Counted from the stretch's first letter, positions 35,913 to 50,074 are shown. The stretch: 64,000 nt of DNA from Marsupella aquatica (GCA_973895155.1 OZ316896.1:744001-808000), one strand, 5' to 3'. Numbers and translations: made by a program. The notes: generated from the letters alone by a model not told the origin.

Positions 35913-36000
35913 GCGCATCGTTTTTCAGCTGTTTTTGACAAAGCAAGAGCAGAAACCCGCTCAGTTCTCGGTGGAGGTTGCCGCTCACAAGAGCTGTGAT

Positions 36001-38618
36001 ATGGAGATGAATCCTGTGGAGAGAGCCGCCACGCAGAATGCTGCCACTCCGCCTGTGAACGAGGACACTAATGGGGCTGAGCGCGATACTGTTTCTGGGG
36101 CCGCGGCTCAAATCTCTACTTCTGATGTAGCATCTGGATGTTCTGCAGCTGCGCAGTGCTTGTCTCTCCGAATTGGGAGAGACGACATCAGTCAGGAAAG
36201 CAATGACCAAAGCACGAAGGATGCTTCCCCTCTTCTTCCCAAAGTCACGTCTGCATTTGTGGAAAGTAACGGACATCGAGCTCCAAAGAGGAAGAAGGAT
36301 TTCCATCCGGGGTCGTCTCAGCTAACTCATAGCCGTATCTGTCTGTATCAGAATCATAATTCCTCCACGCCATCATCCCAGGTTCCCTCGTCATGCATCT
36401 CGTCGGACGATTCTCAAAGTGGGGATTTGCTTGACCATCCCCAAACCGCCCAGTCAGCTGATCCAGCAACACGAAGGGCCCAAGTTCGGGCGTGGGGCAA
36501 CCAACCTCTTGCAGTGGTGGATTCCACTCTATGGGACATCATGGAACGAGAGAAGGTTCGTCAGTGGAGGGGAATTGAGCTAATTGCCTCAGAGAATTTC
36601 GCTTCACAGGCAGTCATTGAAGCGTTGGGCAGCCACCTCACCAACAAGTATTCGGAGGGGTTGCCCGGGAGCCGATACTACGGTGGGAATGAATACATCG
36701 ACATGATAGAGTCTCTCTGCATCAGTCGTGCCCTGACTGCCTTCCATTTGGATTCCAAGGAGTGGAGTGTGAATGTGCAGCCGTATTCATGCACGTCTGC
36801 CAACTTTGCAGTCTACACTGCACTTCTGCAACCTAAGGATAGGATTATGGGGTTGGACGTTCCTTCTGGCGGGCATGTTAGCCATGGCTACTACACAGCC
36901 AGTGGGAAAAAGGTCTCGGGCGCCTCTATCTTTTTTGAGAGTCTTCCTTTCAAGGTCAATCCGCAGACCGGGCTGATTGACTTCGAGTCTCTGGAGAAGT
37001 TTGCGCTGAATTATCGCCCCAAGATCTTGATCTGTGGGGGAAGTGCGTATCCCAGAGAGTGGGACTACGCCCGCTTCCGTCATATTGCCAACAAGATCGG
37101 AGCCGTTCTCTTGTGTGATATGGCGCATATCAGTGGCCTCATTGCTGCACAGGTGATTTACATACTTTTGATTTTCTACTCTTCTTGTGGGCTTATCATT
37201 TGTTGCTTCCGTGTTATGAAAGTGTGGTTCTGGTCTTCTTGAGGGCGTGGAAGTAAACTCACTTGAATATTGCCATTTTTGTTCTGCAGGAGGCTGCGAA
37301 CCCCTTCGATTACTGCGACATAGTCACCTCCACAACCCATAAGAGTTTGAGGGGCCCTCGTGGCGGTATGATCTTCTACAGGAAGGGCCTAAGAATAAAG
37401 AGAAGTGGTGGACCTGACACCATGTATGACTTCGAAGACAGGATTAATTTTGCTGTGCATCCATCTCTGCAAGGGGGGCCACATAACAACCACATTGCAG
37501 CTTTGGCAGTTGCCCTCAAGCAAGTGGCAACTCTGGAGTACAAGCAATACATCCAGCAGGTGAAGCGGAACGCCCAATATCTGGCAAAGGCTTTGATGAA
37601 GCGGGGCTGCGTCCTTGTGACCGGTGGAACTGACAACCATTTATTCCTATGGGACCTTCGAAACCGAGGCCTCACTGGTAACTATCTTTGCTTTCCCAAC
37701 TCTAGTTCTTTAAATGGGAGTTGGCTCTAAACTATTCGTCCCGTCGTTGTCGGAGGCTCCAGAATGTGCTTGAATAATACCGATTTGGTCTTTGTGTGTT
37801 GTGAGAAGTACAACAGGGTTTGTGCTCACGGCTGTTCCTAACTATGTTTATGTTCTCCATTTGCAGGGAATCGCCTTGAGAAGGTGTGTGAGATGTGCCA
37901 CATGACCCTCAATAAGAATGCAGTACTCGGGGATAGCACTGCTCTGGGCGTGGGAGGTGTGAGAATAGGTAATGCTGGTTGAAAATACAGTCTTTATTCT
38001 TCTTGTGGTTTTTGGAAGTGAGAATAGGTGATACTGGTTGAAATAGTGTCTTTATTTTTCTTGCGGTTTTTGGAATTTTGAGAAGTGTGCATTCTTTCCC
38101 AATGAAGAATGTAAGATGCATGATAGCCTATCCCCTTGATTACTGGACTGTTTACCGGATTGTTGCATTTTTAGTAACTGCCGTCCATGCTTGCCCGTAA
38201 AAAGTCTTCACCTAAAATTGCAAGGGATTTTCTGTTGCTTGGATGTTGGGATGACTGAGAACTTAATGTAGTATGGTAAGGACCATACTACATCATATTG
38301 TGGCGATAATGTCTCGACTTATTCAACCTGTTGCAACTTCTCATCTTCATCTCGTGATTTCCGTGTGCCACAGGTACGCCCGCCATGACGTCGAGAGGAT
38401 GCATTGAAGAAGATTTCGAAGTTATTGCGGATTTCTTGATGAAAGCTGTTCAAATAACAGAAAGTATTCAAATTGAACATGGAAAGCTCCAAAAAGACTT
38501 TATCAAAGGCTTACAATGTAATGAGGATATCTTAGAACTCAGAAACAAAGTAGAAAAGTTTGCATCTATGTTTGAGATGCCTGGGTTTGAAGTCACTTCG
38601 AAGAATCTGAGCCAATAG
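36001..38618 (+). CDS. SHM7: Serine hydroxymethyltransferase, nuclear SHM6/SHM7 (MSA1) clade, 4 exons
   Basis: Exons: 36001-37152, 37290-37677, 37867-37968, 38374-38618. Motifs: [21 protein letters not shown], the PLP-lysine motif [23 protein letters not shown] and [12 protein letters not shown] long low-complexity N-terminus with PKRKK, plus RAWGNQPL and PYSCTSAN, points to the nuclear clade. The start at 36001 is the first in-frame ATG. Confidence 0.92.
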
Positions 38619-39095
38619 TCAAATTTAATACCCGATTTAAATAGCTTCAAGGGTTCAATTCGCCCTAGTCGAGGTCAAATTGTTGAATATGGAACTGTCT
38701 GTTTCATTTTCACAGACCATGCATCATATAGGTTTCGATTGCTCGAGTGCTGTTGAGACATTTTTTCCGAAAAGATTATCTCGTGAATAGTTTAGTACTG
38801 TTACATATACAGAGTGGACTACAGATATTTACATACCCTGTCTAGAATAGTACCTACTTTGTAGGTTTCGTTGGAGATATGTCATCGAAGAGCACTACCA
38901 GATGTAGATGTTCAACATGCTTACCATTCAAGAACTACGTCCATTGTAGCCGCTCCTGTCACAATTGAATTTGTGATCGAAGAGCACTCGGGATACTCAC
39001 CATTCAAGAACATTCTGTTTCAGCCTAAAAAATCCCAAAAGGTGTGTTTAAGGGAGTGTGCCGACCTATGATTGTATTGTTATGTTCCTATACAT

Positions 39096-39218
39096 GTGTA
39101 AGGGTATCAGTAGTCCATTAATCTCTTCGTAACTTGGTAGAAATATGGATGTGAGTGTAAGGGTATCAGTAAGTAGTCCATTAATCTCTTCGTAACTTGG
39201 TAGAGATATGGATGTGAG
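39096..39218. repeat. ~60-bp tandem duplication
   Basis: gtgtaagggtatcagta(agta)gtccattaatctcttcgtaacttggtaga(a/g)atatggatgtgagt occurs twice. Confidence 0.9.
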
Positions 39219-39258
39219 TACTTGATCAAGCTCTCAGAAAGGCTGGAAGTCAACACCA

Positions 39259-39287
<29 letters not shown>
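39259..39287. repeat. Poly-C/poly-G homopolymer (29 nt)
   Basis: Directly visible C run between the convergent SHMT and WDR75 3' ends. Confidence 0.95.
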
Positions 39288-39289
<2 letters not shown>

Positions 39290-40620
39290 CAATGGACGAT
39301 TCTTTCCCAACTTCGCGCATTTGGGTTTATAAGTCGATCCTGAATAGTTTTTAGGAAGCTGTTACGTGCCACAAATGGATGAATGGAGAGAGCCTGACGA
39401 TTGTAATCGATCGTATTTGTTGCATTAGCAAATTGAGGCAATAGATTGTTTGTGAAAGTCCACATATCAGGTTATCGTTGAGAGCATGTCAGAGTCGGGC
39501 ACCAACCAAATTCTAGATACTGCATTTAAGGTGTGGCGTTGACTTGGCATACTCTTACCTGTCAGAAGCCCTTTTCCAAATACAATGACTGTAGAAAACA
39601 CGACTCTTTTAAATTGAGTCAGACAAGTAACACATTCTACATCAAGAACAAATACCGATTTAAATTCCAAGTGATTCTCAACACATCTTTGTATCAATGA
39701 ATTGGTTACATTAATAATATAAAAAAAACCCATGTAATGGCCAACCTTCCACTGGTAACCTAAACCCTAAACCGGCTTTCACTTTCTTCCTAATTGAGGA
39801 CTTCATTTTTCTGAGTATTCTTTCAGAGGGCGAGAGTACGAACTTAGTTTCAGAAGACCCAAACTAGGTGAGACAAATGGACACCTCATCCTTGGGAACT
39901 CAGCCTTCTCCAAGGCTTACGGGATTTCAACCCTAGCCAGCTGTGCCTAGAAGGGAGCGCCTTTACTTTGCACCAGATGATGTCTAACATTGGGCGAGGA
40001 CAAGACGGCTCACAAAGAATGCATACGAACACTCCCTCTGTCAAAACAGTTTCTGCCACCCTCCTTTTGTACATCAAAAATCACCCTTACACTCGAATCT
40101 CTGTCCTAAGGATCACACGACCGGTCATTGATTTCCCTGGCTGCTGATTACCTCCCTCTTGTACTTCAATACCTCCCGCTTTGATAGCCTCCAAGCCGTT
40201 TTCAACAACGTGTAGCGAAAGTCGCCTAATATGTTACACTCAGGGTGAGTCCGCCAAACTTGATCAGCTTTAGATCAAGACTCGCATGTCCACCCGCGGG
40301 ATGTTGATCACCATGTGCGACCAGGAACCTGCTTTTCTTTCCCAGAGTCTCAGTCTGTCCTGATGAGATCTACAGAAGCTTTCTTTACTCCATTATACTC
40401 GAGTATCAACCTTGTTACGGTCATAGTCGCTGGCTTGAAGCATAAGTCCCTCCAGAGAATTCCACTGGTACCCATCAAGATGAGCCTTTGACGTCATACA
40501 AGCAGAAAGCATGCCAGGACCTCTAATTTTGGGAATCCAGCTACTCTTCTGAAACAGGGAAAGATTTGAGACGGTCCCCAAAATAAGGTTCTATGACTGA
40601 GATATCTGATTCTTCCTCAA

Positions 40621-43600
40621 TCATGAAGCAAGTGATTCAGGTTCTCTTCCTAAGACTAAATGTTTTTCGACATCGGAATTTTTAGCTAGTAATGACTCCA
40701 TGAACGTGAGGCTTATTCTGGTTAACGAGGGAAAAACATGCGAAGAAGCATTCAACAAGTCACCCCACGGCTTGACCGCTCTTATGCCAACAACATCTTT
40801 GTCACCCTCCTTGTTTGATGGGGTAACTGGTTTCCCATACGTGGCCACGAATGCTGATGGAGCTGCAGCGAAACACAATAAAAAATCTTCGACAGTCAGT
40901 TTGTGGACAGGCTCCTCTAACCCGACTAGTGCAACGTGCATCTAAAAATCTCCCTTATCCGGAAAACATCAGGAAGTGAGGACATGTGAATCCCTTCTCA
41001 CCTATCTCAAGTAGGGGCGTTGTGGCAGTAAACACTGCCTTCGTATCATCTTCTTGCCTGTAAGGATTAAACACAACATACTCGCGGGATCCCATCACAA
41101 CTACCAAGGAGCTTTGAGCTGCATCGATTTCATGCTTTGCATCATCCGGCTCCGCCTTCGAAGGAGAGAGCAGACTCGATGAGGCAAAGAATAGTGTGGC
41201 TCCACCACCCTGCAGTTCACAAAATATTTAGTGTTTCTGTTACTAGTCCTGTCAGTGAGATGAGGTAAAACTCTAGTGGTAGGTTCATACATCCATAAGT
41301 AACACACAAATGTTCTGAAATGGGGTTGTGCATGAAGTGCTGAGCAAGAAAAGTGAATGTCCGTGCACACCTTTTGAATGCTCCAAGCTACAATAGGGGT
41401 GGGATTATCGAGACTGAAAAGAGCCAGAGTGGCTTTCCTGCTATCTGCATCTCCACTCCTTGACTTGCCCTTTTCAGGAGGAGCCGAAGCAATAATCCCG
41501 AAATGTGAACTTTTTGGATCTACTGACAAAGCTGCCATAAAAACCAATGGTAGCTTTTATTTCGCGAGACAGGAACGATCTCTCTTTTCAGTGTTTTGGA
41601 ATTGTAACAAAATTTGAAGAAACGTCATTCAACACCCTTGCCAGGCTTGCACTTAATCAGATAACTACCATAGATTTTCGAATTATTCCAAAACCCTTTA
41701 CTCAACCATAGACTATGCTTTTTCTGAAGGAGCATACCTTCAACATTGACTTTGCAGGACCATAACATTGAAAGTGTAGGCAAATGCCACAAAATCAAGC
41801 GTGGGCTAGATCCAGATGATGCTGCAACTAGGCATTTCGAGTTGTGAACAAATGCCAAAAGTGAGATTTTCTACAAAAAACAACATAAAACGCATTAGAT
41901 TTCCGCTGAACTGTTGTAATCCCGAGCGAAATCATTGAGGGTCACACATACTGGTTCTCACCTGTGGAGAGGGAACAGAAGCCAGGCTGGTCACAAAGCC
42001 ATTCGAATATGGATTCCACAGAGTGATCAATTCTTCGGTAGCAACTCCGAGAAGGGATCCATCTGGGGAAAATGCTGCAGAATACATCTCCTTGTGCCTA
42101 TATCATGCAGTGTTATCAGTCCACAATGCCCAAGCCATGCAGTACAATAAAGGATCATTCACTTCTGCACTGAAGATTTGAAGGAAAAATAAGCACTGCT
42201 TCGCCAGTTCCACTTCTGAAACCAAGGATGCGGACCACAATAATACCACAAACGACGGTTGCTGTATTTCACATAGATAGAAAAGAAGAGTTGAACCTGT
42301 AGGAAGCAACAGAACGGCATCTCCAGGCTGATACTTTTCCAGTGTTCTCTTGGATGCCGGCTTTACTCACCCATACCTGCAAAGTTGACCCCAAAAATTA
42401 GTATCAAACTCAAGCTTACTTGGACAGCGTGTTCAGGAAAATCTAAGAACAAGGAACAGGGAACAGGGAACATTGACCAGGCCACGACTATCCACATAGG
42501 TGTAAGACCCCTGGTCACTGGGATGACTGCGAGAAATAAATTATCCAAAAGATGAAGTACCTTGAAGTTTGAATCAATAGAACAACTGACGACCATGTGT
42601 TCTGAAGGATGATACACCAGAGCAGTGATCTCTGCACTGCTTCATAGAAAACCCACATCAGGGGGAGCTAATTTCTCGGGCTAGCAAATAAAGCAAAAGC
42701 ATCCGGCATTCCCTTCATTTCACAGAGCCGTGATGAAATTACGTGCAGAAATTTCAGGAGAAAACGCTCGGAACTCTAAATCTGAAAAGAACACTAAGAT
42801 TCATATGGATGACGCATTTAATTTTTAGAGGGACTTTGATCACATTTTCACATACCCATGAGGTTCATCCACCATTGTGTTGAGAACAAATTTGCTATTC
42901 TGCTTTTTCGAATCAAAATGCCAGAACTTCAAGCATGCACTACCCCCAATGTTCCCCTCTGGTAGACGCACATCGACTGTCGCCATCACAGATCCATCTC
43001 TCGAGAACGTGACGTGAGTCACGAACGTCTGCCACAAGTACCAGCAGAAAGTGAGAATGTGAGAATGTCGCACTTCATAACTCCATCCAGGACCTAACAA
43101 CTGGCGGACAGAGACGCCATGAAATAGCTAAATCAATGATAATATTATAAATTTGCAGCGGAAAACTTACTGATGGTCCTGAGCTGCCATCCCTAGCATT
43201 GTTATTAGCCCCGGAAATATTGGTGCGAGAGGCAATGGGAACCTGATTCAAACAAACGTCAAGAGATAAGATACCAGGCGACATGGCTTCAATCCTACAA
43301 TTATTCCAATCATACAAACACGAGTTTCTCATCGACAAAAGATAATTCATGGAAAGGGGATACTCCGTGGCCAAGAGCGCGAAGAGCGGACCTCAAAGAC
43401 TTCACAATCACGAAGTGTGTCATAAAATTGCAGGGCTACATTGTCTGTTGGTAAGACAAGTTTTCCTCCTTTAGGACTGAAGCCCACTTTAGTGGTGTTG
43501 ATGGACTTAAAAAAATATGGCATTGGTACAACTGGCTGGTCAGCACAACAAGAACACAAACGGTCAACGATTGAATACTGTTTTAGTAAGAATCCTCTCA

Positions 43601-46600
43601 TCTGCCGCATATGACAAATATTCTAGAAAATGCACCTGAGAGCAAATAAGTATCCTCCCATCCCTAACTTCAGAGGATGAATACTCCATAAAAGTTAAGG
43701 ATGAGAGAAAATAAAAATAGTCAATTCTGTACATACCAATCTACAAGTAAGACACCAATACTCCTGTCCTGACATTAATTACCTTGATTCCATGACAAGA
43801 TTTCTCTACGTTCATGGCCCCAATGTTGACAAATCTAATGGCGTTGTCGGAGCAAGAGATCTGCAGTATGGATGATCAGCGGTGAGAAATCCTGTTCATA
43901 GATTAATCACACAAAATAATGATGAAAAACCATGAAAACAACTCTTAAAAACTCACACTTGGCGGCAACCCTCGTATCTGGGCCTCACAACTATGATGCA
44001 TATTCTTGCTCAAACCTAGCAAGATCTCAATCGCATAACGTTCTAGCTCTTAATCAAAGATTCAAGAGTTGATAGACTGCAGTTCAAACCACAGTGGCAA
44101 TGGACCAGGAAGACTTGCTTTTCTTCAAATATGTACAACAACTAAGTCAACTCAGTCCAGAGCTTATGAAAAGAAACGATGACATGAGAGCTTGAAGAGA
44201 TTACCACATCCAAGTTTCAGCACTAACTACACAAGTTAGGCGAAGAATTCCTTTACTTCGGCTTAGCGCCATATGGTACGTCATAATTGAGATTACTTCG
44301 TTCCATTTTTTATGTTCTTCAAATAGTGCCCGCAATGCAAGTCCAGCCCAGTAACCACATTATATATGCCAAACATTTAGAGGACTGCAATTCTCCTACC
44401 GCAAAAAGTGACAGGTCTGGTGAAGGCGTTATGAAGTAGAGCTGTCCTCCCAGTCTAGGTAGAAATTGCTGTTTGCCTGTTTCTACTTGCCAGATGACAA
44501 GCGTTCCTTCGGCCCCTCCTGCAGATACAATTATGGGAAAGAAAAGAGAAAACCTCAGATTGACAGGTCCAAGCATTGTACATTACAGGTTAGCTGTACT
44601 TCTACAGTTATGAATGAAGCACGAATGAGTCTTGTAAGGAGTCGACAAACGATTTTCACCACGTACCGGAGAAAAGATAGGTCCCATCAACAGAATAAAG
44701 GAGCGATTTGACTTCATTAGCGTGCCAGTGGTAGGTAGTGCAAGCTTCGGCATCGTCGGCTCCCCGTACTCCCCCCTTCGTATCACCATCATTCGAAAAC
44801 GATGGGTTCCCTTCCCGAGAGTTCGCTGACAATGTGCGCTCCCCAACATTGTACCAACAAAGTATTCGGCCTGTTTCGTCTCCTCCAGCCACGACTGTCT
44901 CTGTGGGATCAAAAGCCATGACTTTGCTTGCCTTGGTATGATGGAGAACGGTACTTCTAACTGTGTTTAGATGTTGAATGGGTCCATCCGGTACCCTCCA
45001 AACCCAGAATTTTCTGATGTCAGGCATTCCCACAAGACTCCCATGGGGACTAACAAACAATCGCTGGGGACGCAATGTCTGAAGAGGTATGCAATTTATG
45101 AGTACAAGAGCTGCCCAGTCCTAAGATTAGAAGTTTCTTCAAATTGCAAAGATTAAAACCCGCAAATTTTATCCCAAACCATACTACGTTCTAGACATTC
45201 AACGTGCAGGAGACATTCAGTCTATACCATCCGAAAAAAAGAATGTCATTCTTAGCTGTTGTTATTGCAATGTCTACAACAAGAGAGTGAAGACAGAATA
45301 CCTTGGCCAAATTCCCACGAAGGGGTTTGCCGGTGGTTATGTTGAAGACAATGACACGGCCTGTCCAGGTGTCTTCGGTGGCCTTTGCTTGCGATTCCTT
45401 CTCCCATCGAACTGAAATGAAAGCAATATTGTCATGCGCCTTCGCTCCAGCCTTCGGTGCCGCCTTCAATAGGCTCGGGATTACCTGAGGGGAAGGTTCC
45501 AACGCATTTAGAGTCGACTTTGGCTCCCAAAACATCACAGACCAGACAAGGAGAAATTCAAAGGGAGGATGGAATCAGAGAAACAATGTCCCATGACAGA
45601 TGCAATTTTGGTTGGAATTTCATATCTTCAGCTTTAGGAGAGGAATAACGCAAACTGCAATCCTCTTACCATCGATTCAATGGGCTTGCCAACCGAGATG
45701 GTCCTGATGACATTCCCGACTTCAAAATCCCATAGACGTATGCTCCCGTCCAAAGACGAGGTCCAGGCATGATTCACACCAGGTGTCTTATTTCCTGGCG
45801 CAGGAGAAACCACTGAGACACTTGTGATAGTGTCTGTGTGTCCATTCAGTTGCAAAACCTGCACTCAATCAAAAACCATTGTAATTAACTTCCTTTTACT
45901 TCTTTAGGGTGCTTTATGAAATATGTCAAGCTTTAGCCATGCGAATCAGTACGAATGTATGAAGGCTCGAAATTTCTCTGCGAAGCATCTTGTGGCAGTA
46001 CCTATGGGATTAATGTCATCCCATCCCCTTCGATTCAATTCTGTCTGATTCAATTTTGTGGGTGGCGGATAATTCGTTGTGGAATGGGATGGGAAAAAAA
46101 GCGGGGACACAACGAGGCATTTACTGTAGGGACATTAAGTCCTCTGGTACACCGTGGAGTCGAGCCCCTGACCAATTGGCTGGTAGGGAGCTCACTTACC
46201 ACTGCATCACTTGAGATGAAGAAAACACGCAGGAATTCTAAGCCAAAATGAAAAGCCGAAGGTGAGGTCCGCGATGGGAAAGTTTCGGAACGCATTCACA
46301 AGTAGGAGACCAGCGGCATGTGCATTCTTTCATGAAACAATATGCAAACGCACATCTCCATTGGTGGTGCATCGTCAGAACGTAGCAAACTGATTTGCGA
46401 TAGCAGGGGATGAATATTTGATTGGCAATGCGTTGAAAGCTCAAATCAGGAAAGAGTAAGACCGCCAGGTGCGAACTAGATCATATTTTTTTTATTTCAG
46501 CAATGCAGAAGAAGTCCCTCAGTTATTTGTTGGATTCGTTTAGAAGTCTCATCTGTACTTATTTTGGACCAAAAAATCTACTGTACCGGCAACGTGGTGA

Positions 46601-46712
46601 CGACACTGAGCACGGTGATAGTCGACCCCGTGCAAACCAGAAGCCGCTTTCCATCGTTGGCAAACACGGGCGGGTAGTTCACGAGATTGGCTCCACCTTG
46701 TAGTATCACCAT
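40621..46712 (-). CDS. WDR75: WD40-repeat protein WDR75/UTP17 (NAN1), t-UTP component of the SSU processome, ~16 exons
   Basis: ATG at 46712 (MVILQGGANLVNYPPVFANDGKRLLVCTG). WD repeats and family-typical segments include GHTDTITSV, TSSLDGSIRLWD, VAGGDETGRILCW, TTYHWHANEV, SGGAEGTLVIWQ..KQQFLPRLG, FSRDGSVMAT and AFSPDGSLL. The C-terminal region reads SHVFPSLTRISLTFMESLL. All introns are GT-AG. Confidence 0.88.
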
Positions 46713-46908
46713 CTCTGCAACACCTTGCTGCTGCTTCCGAATTTCAATTCAGCGCACATCGGCAGGACTCTGTCGGCAATCCTGGTTTCAATCGAGGCAG
46801 ATTCCAATTGCCACAGCTACTTGGTCCTGTAAATCCTGAGGAGAATCGCTGCCAAAGCAGCAAAGCGATGCAAAAATCGAAGCGCAGCAGAGAGAGGGGA
46901 GTGACGCA

Positions 46909-46955
46909 CTAAACCCTCACTCCAAGGGTTTACGCTCTCGAAACCTAACCCTAAT
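46909..46955 (-). promoter_or_regulatory. Telo-box-like motifs upstream of WDR75
   Basis: taaaccct (~46910), agggttt (~46925) and aaccctaa (~46947) lie ~200-240 bp upstream of the ATG. Telo-boxes (AAACCCTA) are typical of plant ribosome-biogenesis gene promoters. Confidence 0.55.
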
Positions 46956-47132
46956 ATGCCACCAACTGTTCGTTACAAGAGCAATTTGCTGACCCGCGAC
47001 TTTTTACAATGCACGGGCTTAACCTCTAGCCTCAACTACGGTCGTCCCCAAAACAAAGGCCTTGACTCTACCTTGGGGTGTCTCAAACCTTTGAGTTGAG
47101 GAAAACAATGAAGTCTGGAAGTATCACAAACA

Positions 47133-47304
47133 AGGACTTAACAGGCCCCTCTGGCATCTCCTGGACTTAACCAGACCCTTGTGAGTAAAATGCCATCAAG
47201 ATCTGAGCAAAATTGGTAGGCATAGGGGTCCTGTTAAGTCTTTTTTAAACTAGGGTCCTGTTAAGTCTCTTAGAGTTTAGAGGGATCCTGTTAAGTCTTT
47301 TCCT
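47133..47304. mobile_element. Foldback (MULE-MITE-like) element with repeated subterminal motif
   Basis: gacttaacaggcccct and gacttaaccagaccct on the left face three copies of the inverse motif (g)g(g/a)tcctgttaagtc at ~47226, 47253 and 47281. Confidence 0.6.
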
Positions 47305-49591
47305 GGGAATTATCAGTGATCACAATTTTGATCACGATTCAGGAATGTGGGGACACTGATTTTTGTGTCCACCACTTTTCCCAGGAATCTATTGTTGACC
47401 TCAACTGGAGACAGCAACTTGACATTTGAGACTCCCTATTTTATCACTGAATGTTTTACCCAGCTGGTGCTGTCATGTTTTAGAGGGCTCAAGCTTTAGA
47501 TATCTTTCATAAAGATGAGCCAAATAGTGCAAGGGCCTCTTGTCGGATTCCCTTGCTTGACCTTCCTATGCAGTTCACACCTAAACTTTACCAGGCCCTC
47601 CGGTTTACTGATAGGTAGGGTTGAGGTTTTAGTTTTTTGTTCCCTTCTTGCTCTTGGGTTGGGCCTCTGCTTAGGTCCTTTGGGCATCTTGGCTCTTAGG
47701 TTGCCTCCCCTTGATGGATCTTTCACGTGAGGAATCCTACCTCCCAAGGTTGGGTGCCTTTTGTTTGTTGGCAATGTAATATATATATATATATATTGTT
47801 TGTTTACAAATTTATATCCCCCATTTTGGGGAATGTTTGAACTATTTTCCAATTGTAAGGAAATCCATACAAACCCAGCATTGGGCGACTTACTAGCTAT
47901 TATGAAAATTAGGGGTAAGTAATTTAATTCAATAGATAATATAGTTTCTGAGCCATTGCATAACATTGTCAATAGTAAGTGATATTGAGAAGAAGTGTTC
48001 TCAAGTTTTTGTGAGACGGCAGGGCAATCACACATTGTCAGGACTCAGCGTATAGTCCTGGCAATTGGATTTCAAGGAGTAAGCAAACTTCTGGGAGAGT
48101 GATGGGTTGGGCGCGGAAAAGGGAAACGAGAGACACCTTCAGACCCATCTCATGGTCAAGGGAAACGGTTGCCATAATCCAAACCCAATTGTAATGTAGA
48201 CAACTTAATTGGTGGTTGCATGACTTCTTGCTTTTGTTCATGAACAAACAAACTCAGGGATACTTGTCCTTCATCTGTGACATCCTCTATACTTGTAATG
48301 TGATAGGCAGCATGATTTTTCTAGAATTCCCCTTGCACATTTTTGGGCGCATGACCTTATAAAGGTTCATTATATAAGGGCACATTTTCAAGGGAAACCC
48401 CTTGAAATTGGGCAATTACTTGTTTGTATGCTTGTTGATACAATAGACAAGTTATGCTTTTGTATTTAGAGGTGAACTTGTCCACTTGGAATTGGGGTGT
48501 TTGGTCCTTGTCCACAGCAAGCACCTATCATGCAAAGTGCTGCAACGTTTGAGTTTTTGCCCTCCCATCCAGGTCCGAAAGGGTTTGAGCACAACTTGAA
48601 GTTATCCTTTTAGCCCACAAGCAAGGAAGTGGATGTTCAAAGATATCAGCAGGGGTGCTCTAGCCAATTTTTTTCCCTTGTTTTCTAAAATTGCCAGGGT
48701 GGCCACTAGCTCTACACTGTTCACTGCAAATAGTCTTGGTAATATATAACATAGGTAAATGTTAATTGAAGTGTGAACCCAAAAAAACAGGCTACAATAA
48801 GTAACATTTGTGTGATACTAATTATGTTTATACATAACACTATTTGGAGAGGTACTTAGCCCAGAGAAAAATTAATTGAAAGAATCAAGGAAGCCACCTT
48901 CTAAAGAAGAATCGGTGTGCATGGTTGCTGGTTGTGCTCTTGTGCTTGTGGTTTTCCCAACAACGAGCAAGACTTGACATATGTGAATTGGTCTTGTTCA
49001 TAGAGTTCCAACCCTAAATAGTCTTAGACTAAAATAAACCACAATTGGTGTTATTTCTATTCAAACCTGCCCCACTGGTTACCAATATTAATGATGACAT
49101 ATACTAATTTCACAAGAAGACCCATTATAGTGAACAGGGTAGAAGAATTGCAGAAACTCTCAGTACCAATATACAGATAGCCTAATTGTATGGTATGGGT
49201 GGTCAGTGGTATAGAGGGTCAGTTAATGGTAGTGGATTGGAATTTCACCAATGGCCTGGATTTTTCACAATTTTTTCCTGAAAAGCATTTGCCAGCCTTT
49301 TCTCCCAGTAAGATCTGGCAAACACACATGCCCACAATAAATGTCTTGTGGTACCTTGCCAAAATTTGGGCTTGCATTACGTGATAAGTGCAAAAATGTA
49401 GAATTGTGCATTTATTGATGAGAGCTACTGTGCCTTCATGTGGGATGGGCCCACCTGTCAAGGAACATTCTTATGACTCCCACCCTAAATTGTACTCCCT
49501 GCCCTAAGTGTGACCCCCTACTCCATAAGTGCAATTTTTACTCTATGAAAAATGGCCTGCACTTATCAGTAAGTGTGAGTCAATGGAATTA

Positions 49592-49950
49592 TGCACCTAC
49601 CAGTAAGTGCTCATGTCCACTTTATCAAGGGTTTGCACTTATACAGTTGCCATTTAGCAAGAGTGTTTCGGGCCTGTTTGCACTCAAATAAAGTCCAAAA
49701 CATGCAAACTTCCCAGAATGGAAAACAGGACACCTTGTAGTTAGCCAGGTTTTGCACTATGGAGGTGTGTTGTGCACCCACTGATAAGTATTCATGTACA
49801 CTTATCAAGGGTTCACACTTACCTAGTTACCGCTTAGTGAATTTTTTGGGCCTGCTTGCACTTATAAGAAGTGCAAACTTCACAGTACAAGGGAAGAACA
49901 GGACACCTTCTACAAGTAGTTATCCAGGTTTTGCACTTTTTGGAGTGTGC
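49592..49950. repeat. Degenerate ~180-bp tandem duplication (likely TE subterminal)
   Basis: gcacc...ttatcaagggtt...gggcctg.ttgcact...tgcaaacttc...aacaggacacctt...ccaggttttgcact occurs twice. Confidence 0.7.
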
Positions 49951-50074
49951 ACTTAGAGAGCGACGACTGTAATAGAGAGTAATTAAAACGAGCCACCTGA
50001 GCGCCACCGTGTCTCTCTGGCGTCTCCTGACGGGACTGACAGTAACCCATACGCCTCCTGAAATTTAAAGCTTC

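Noticed and set aside
35860-36000. N-terminal extension of SHMT in the ORF track
   Set aside because: It starts at GTG within the duplicated leader. The first in-frame ATG is at 36001.
39755-40600. Telo-box-driven snoRNA cluster between SHMT and WDR75
   Set aside because: aaaccctaaa and one TGATGA (40361) are present, but there is no suitably spaced CTGA D box or terminal stem. The region is more likely the WDR75 3' UTR.
47496-48250. MULE/SWIM transposase fragment (MCDCP...)
   Set aside because: There is no complete SWIM or DDE motif and the ORF runs through a (TA)n tract. It may be TE debris but cannot be supported.
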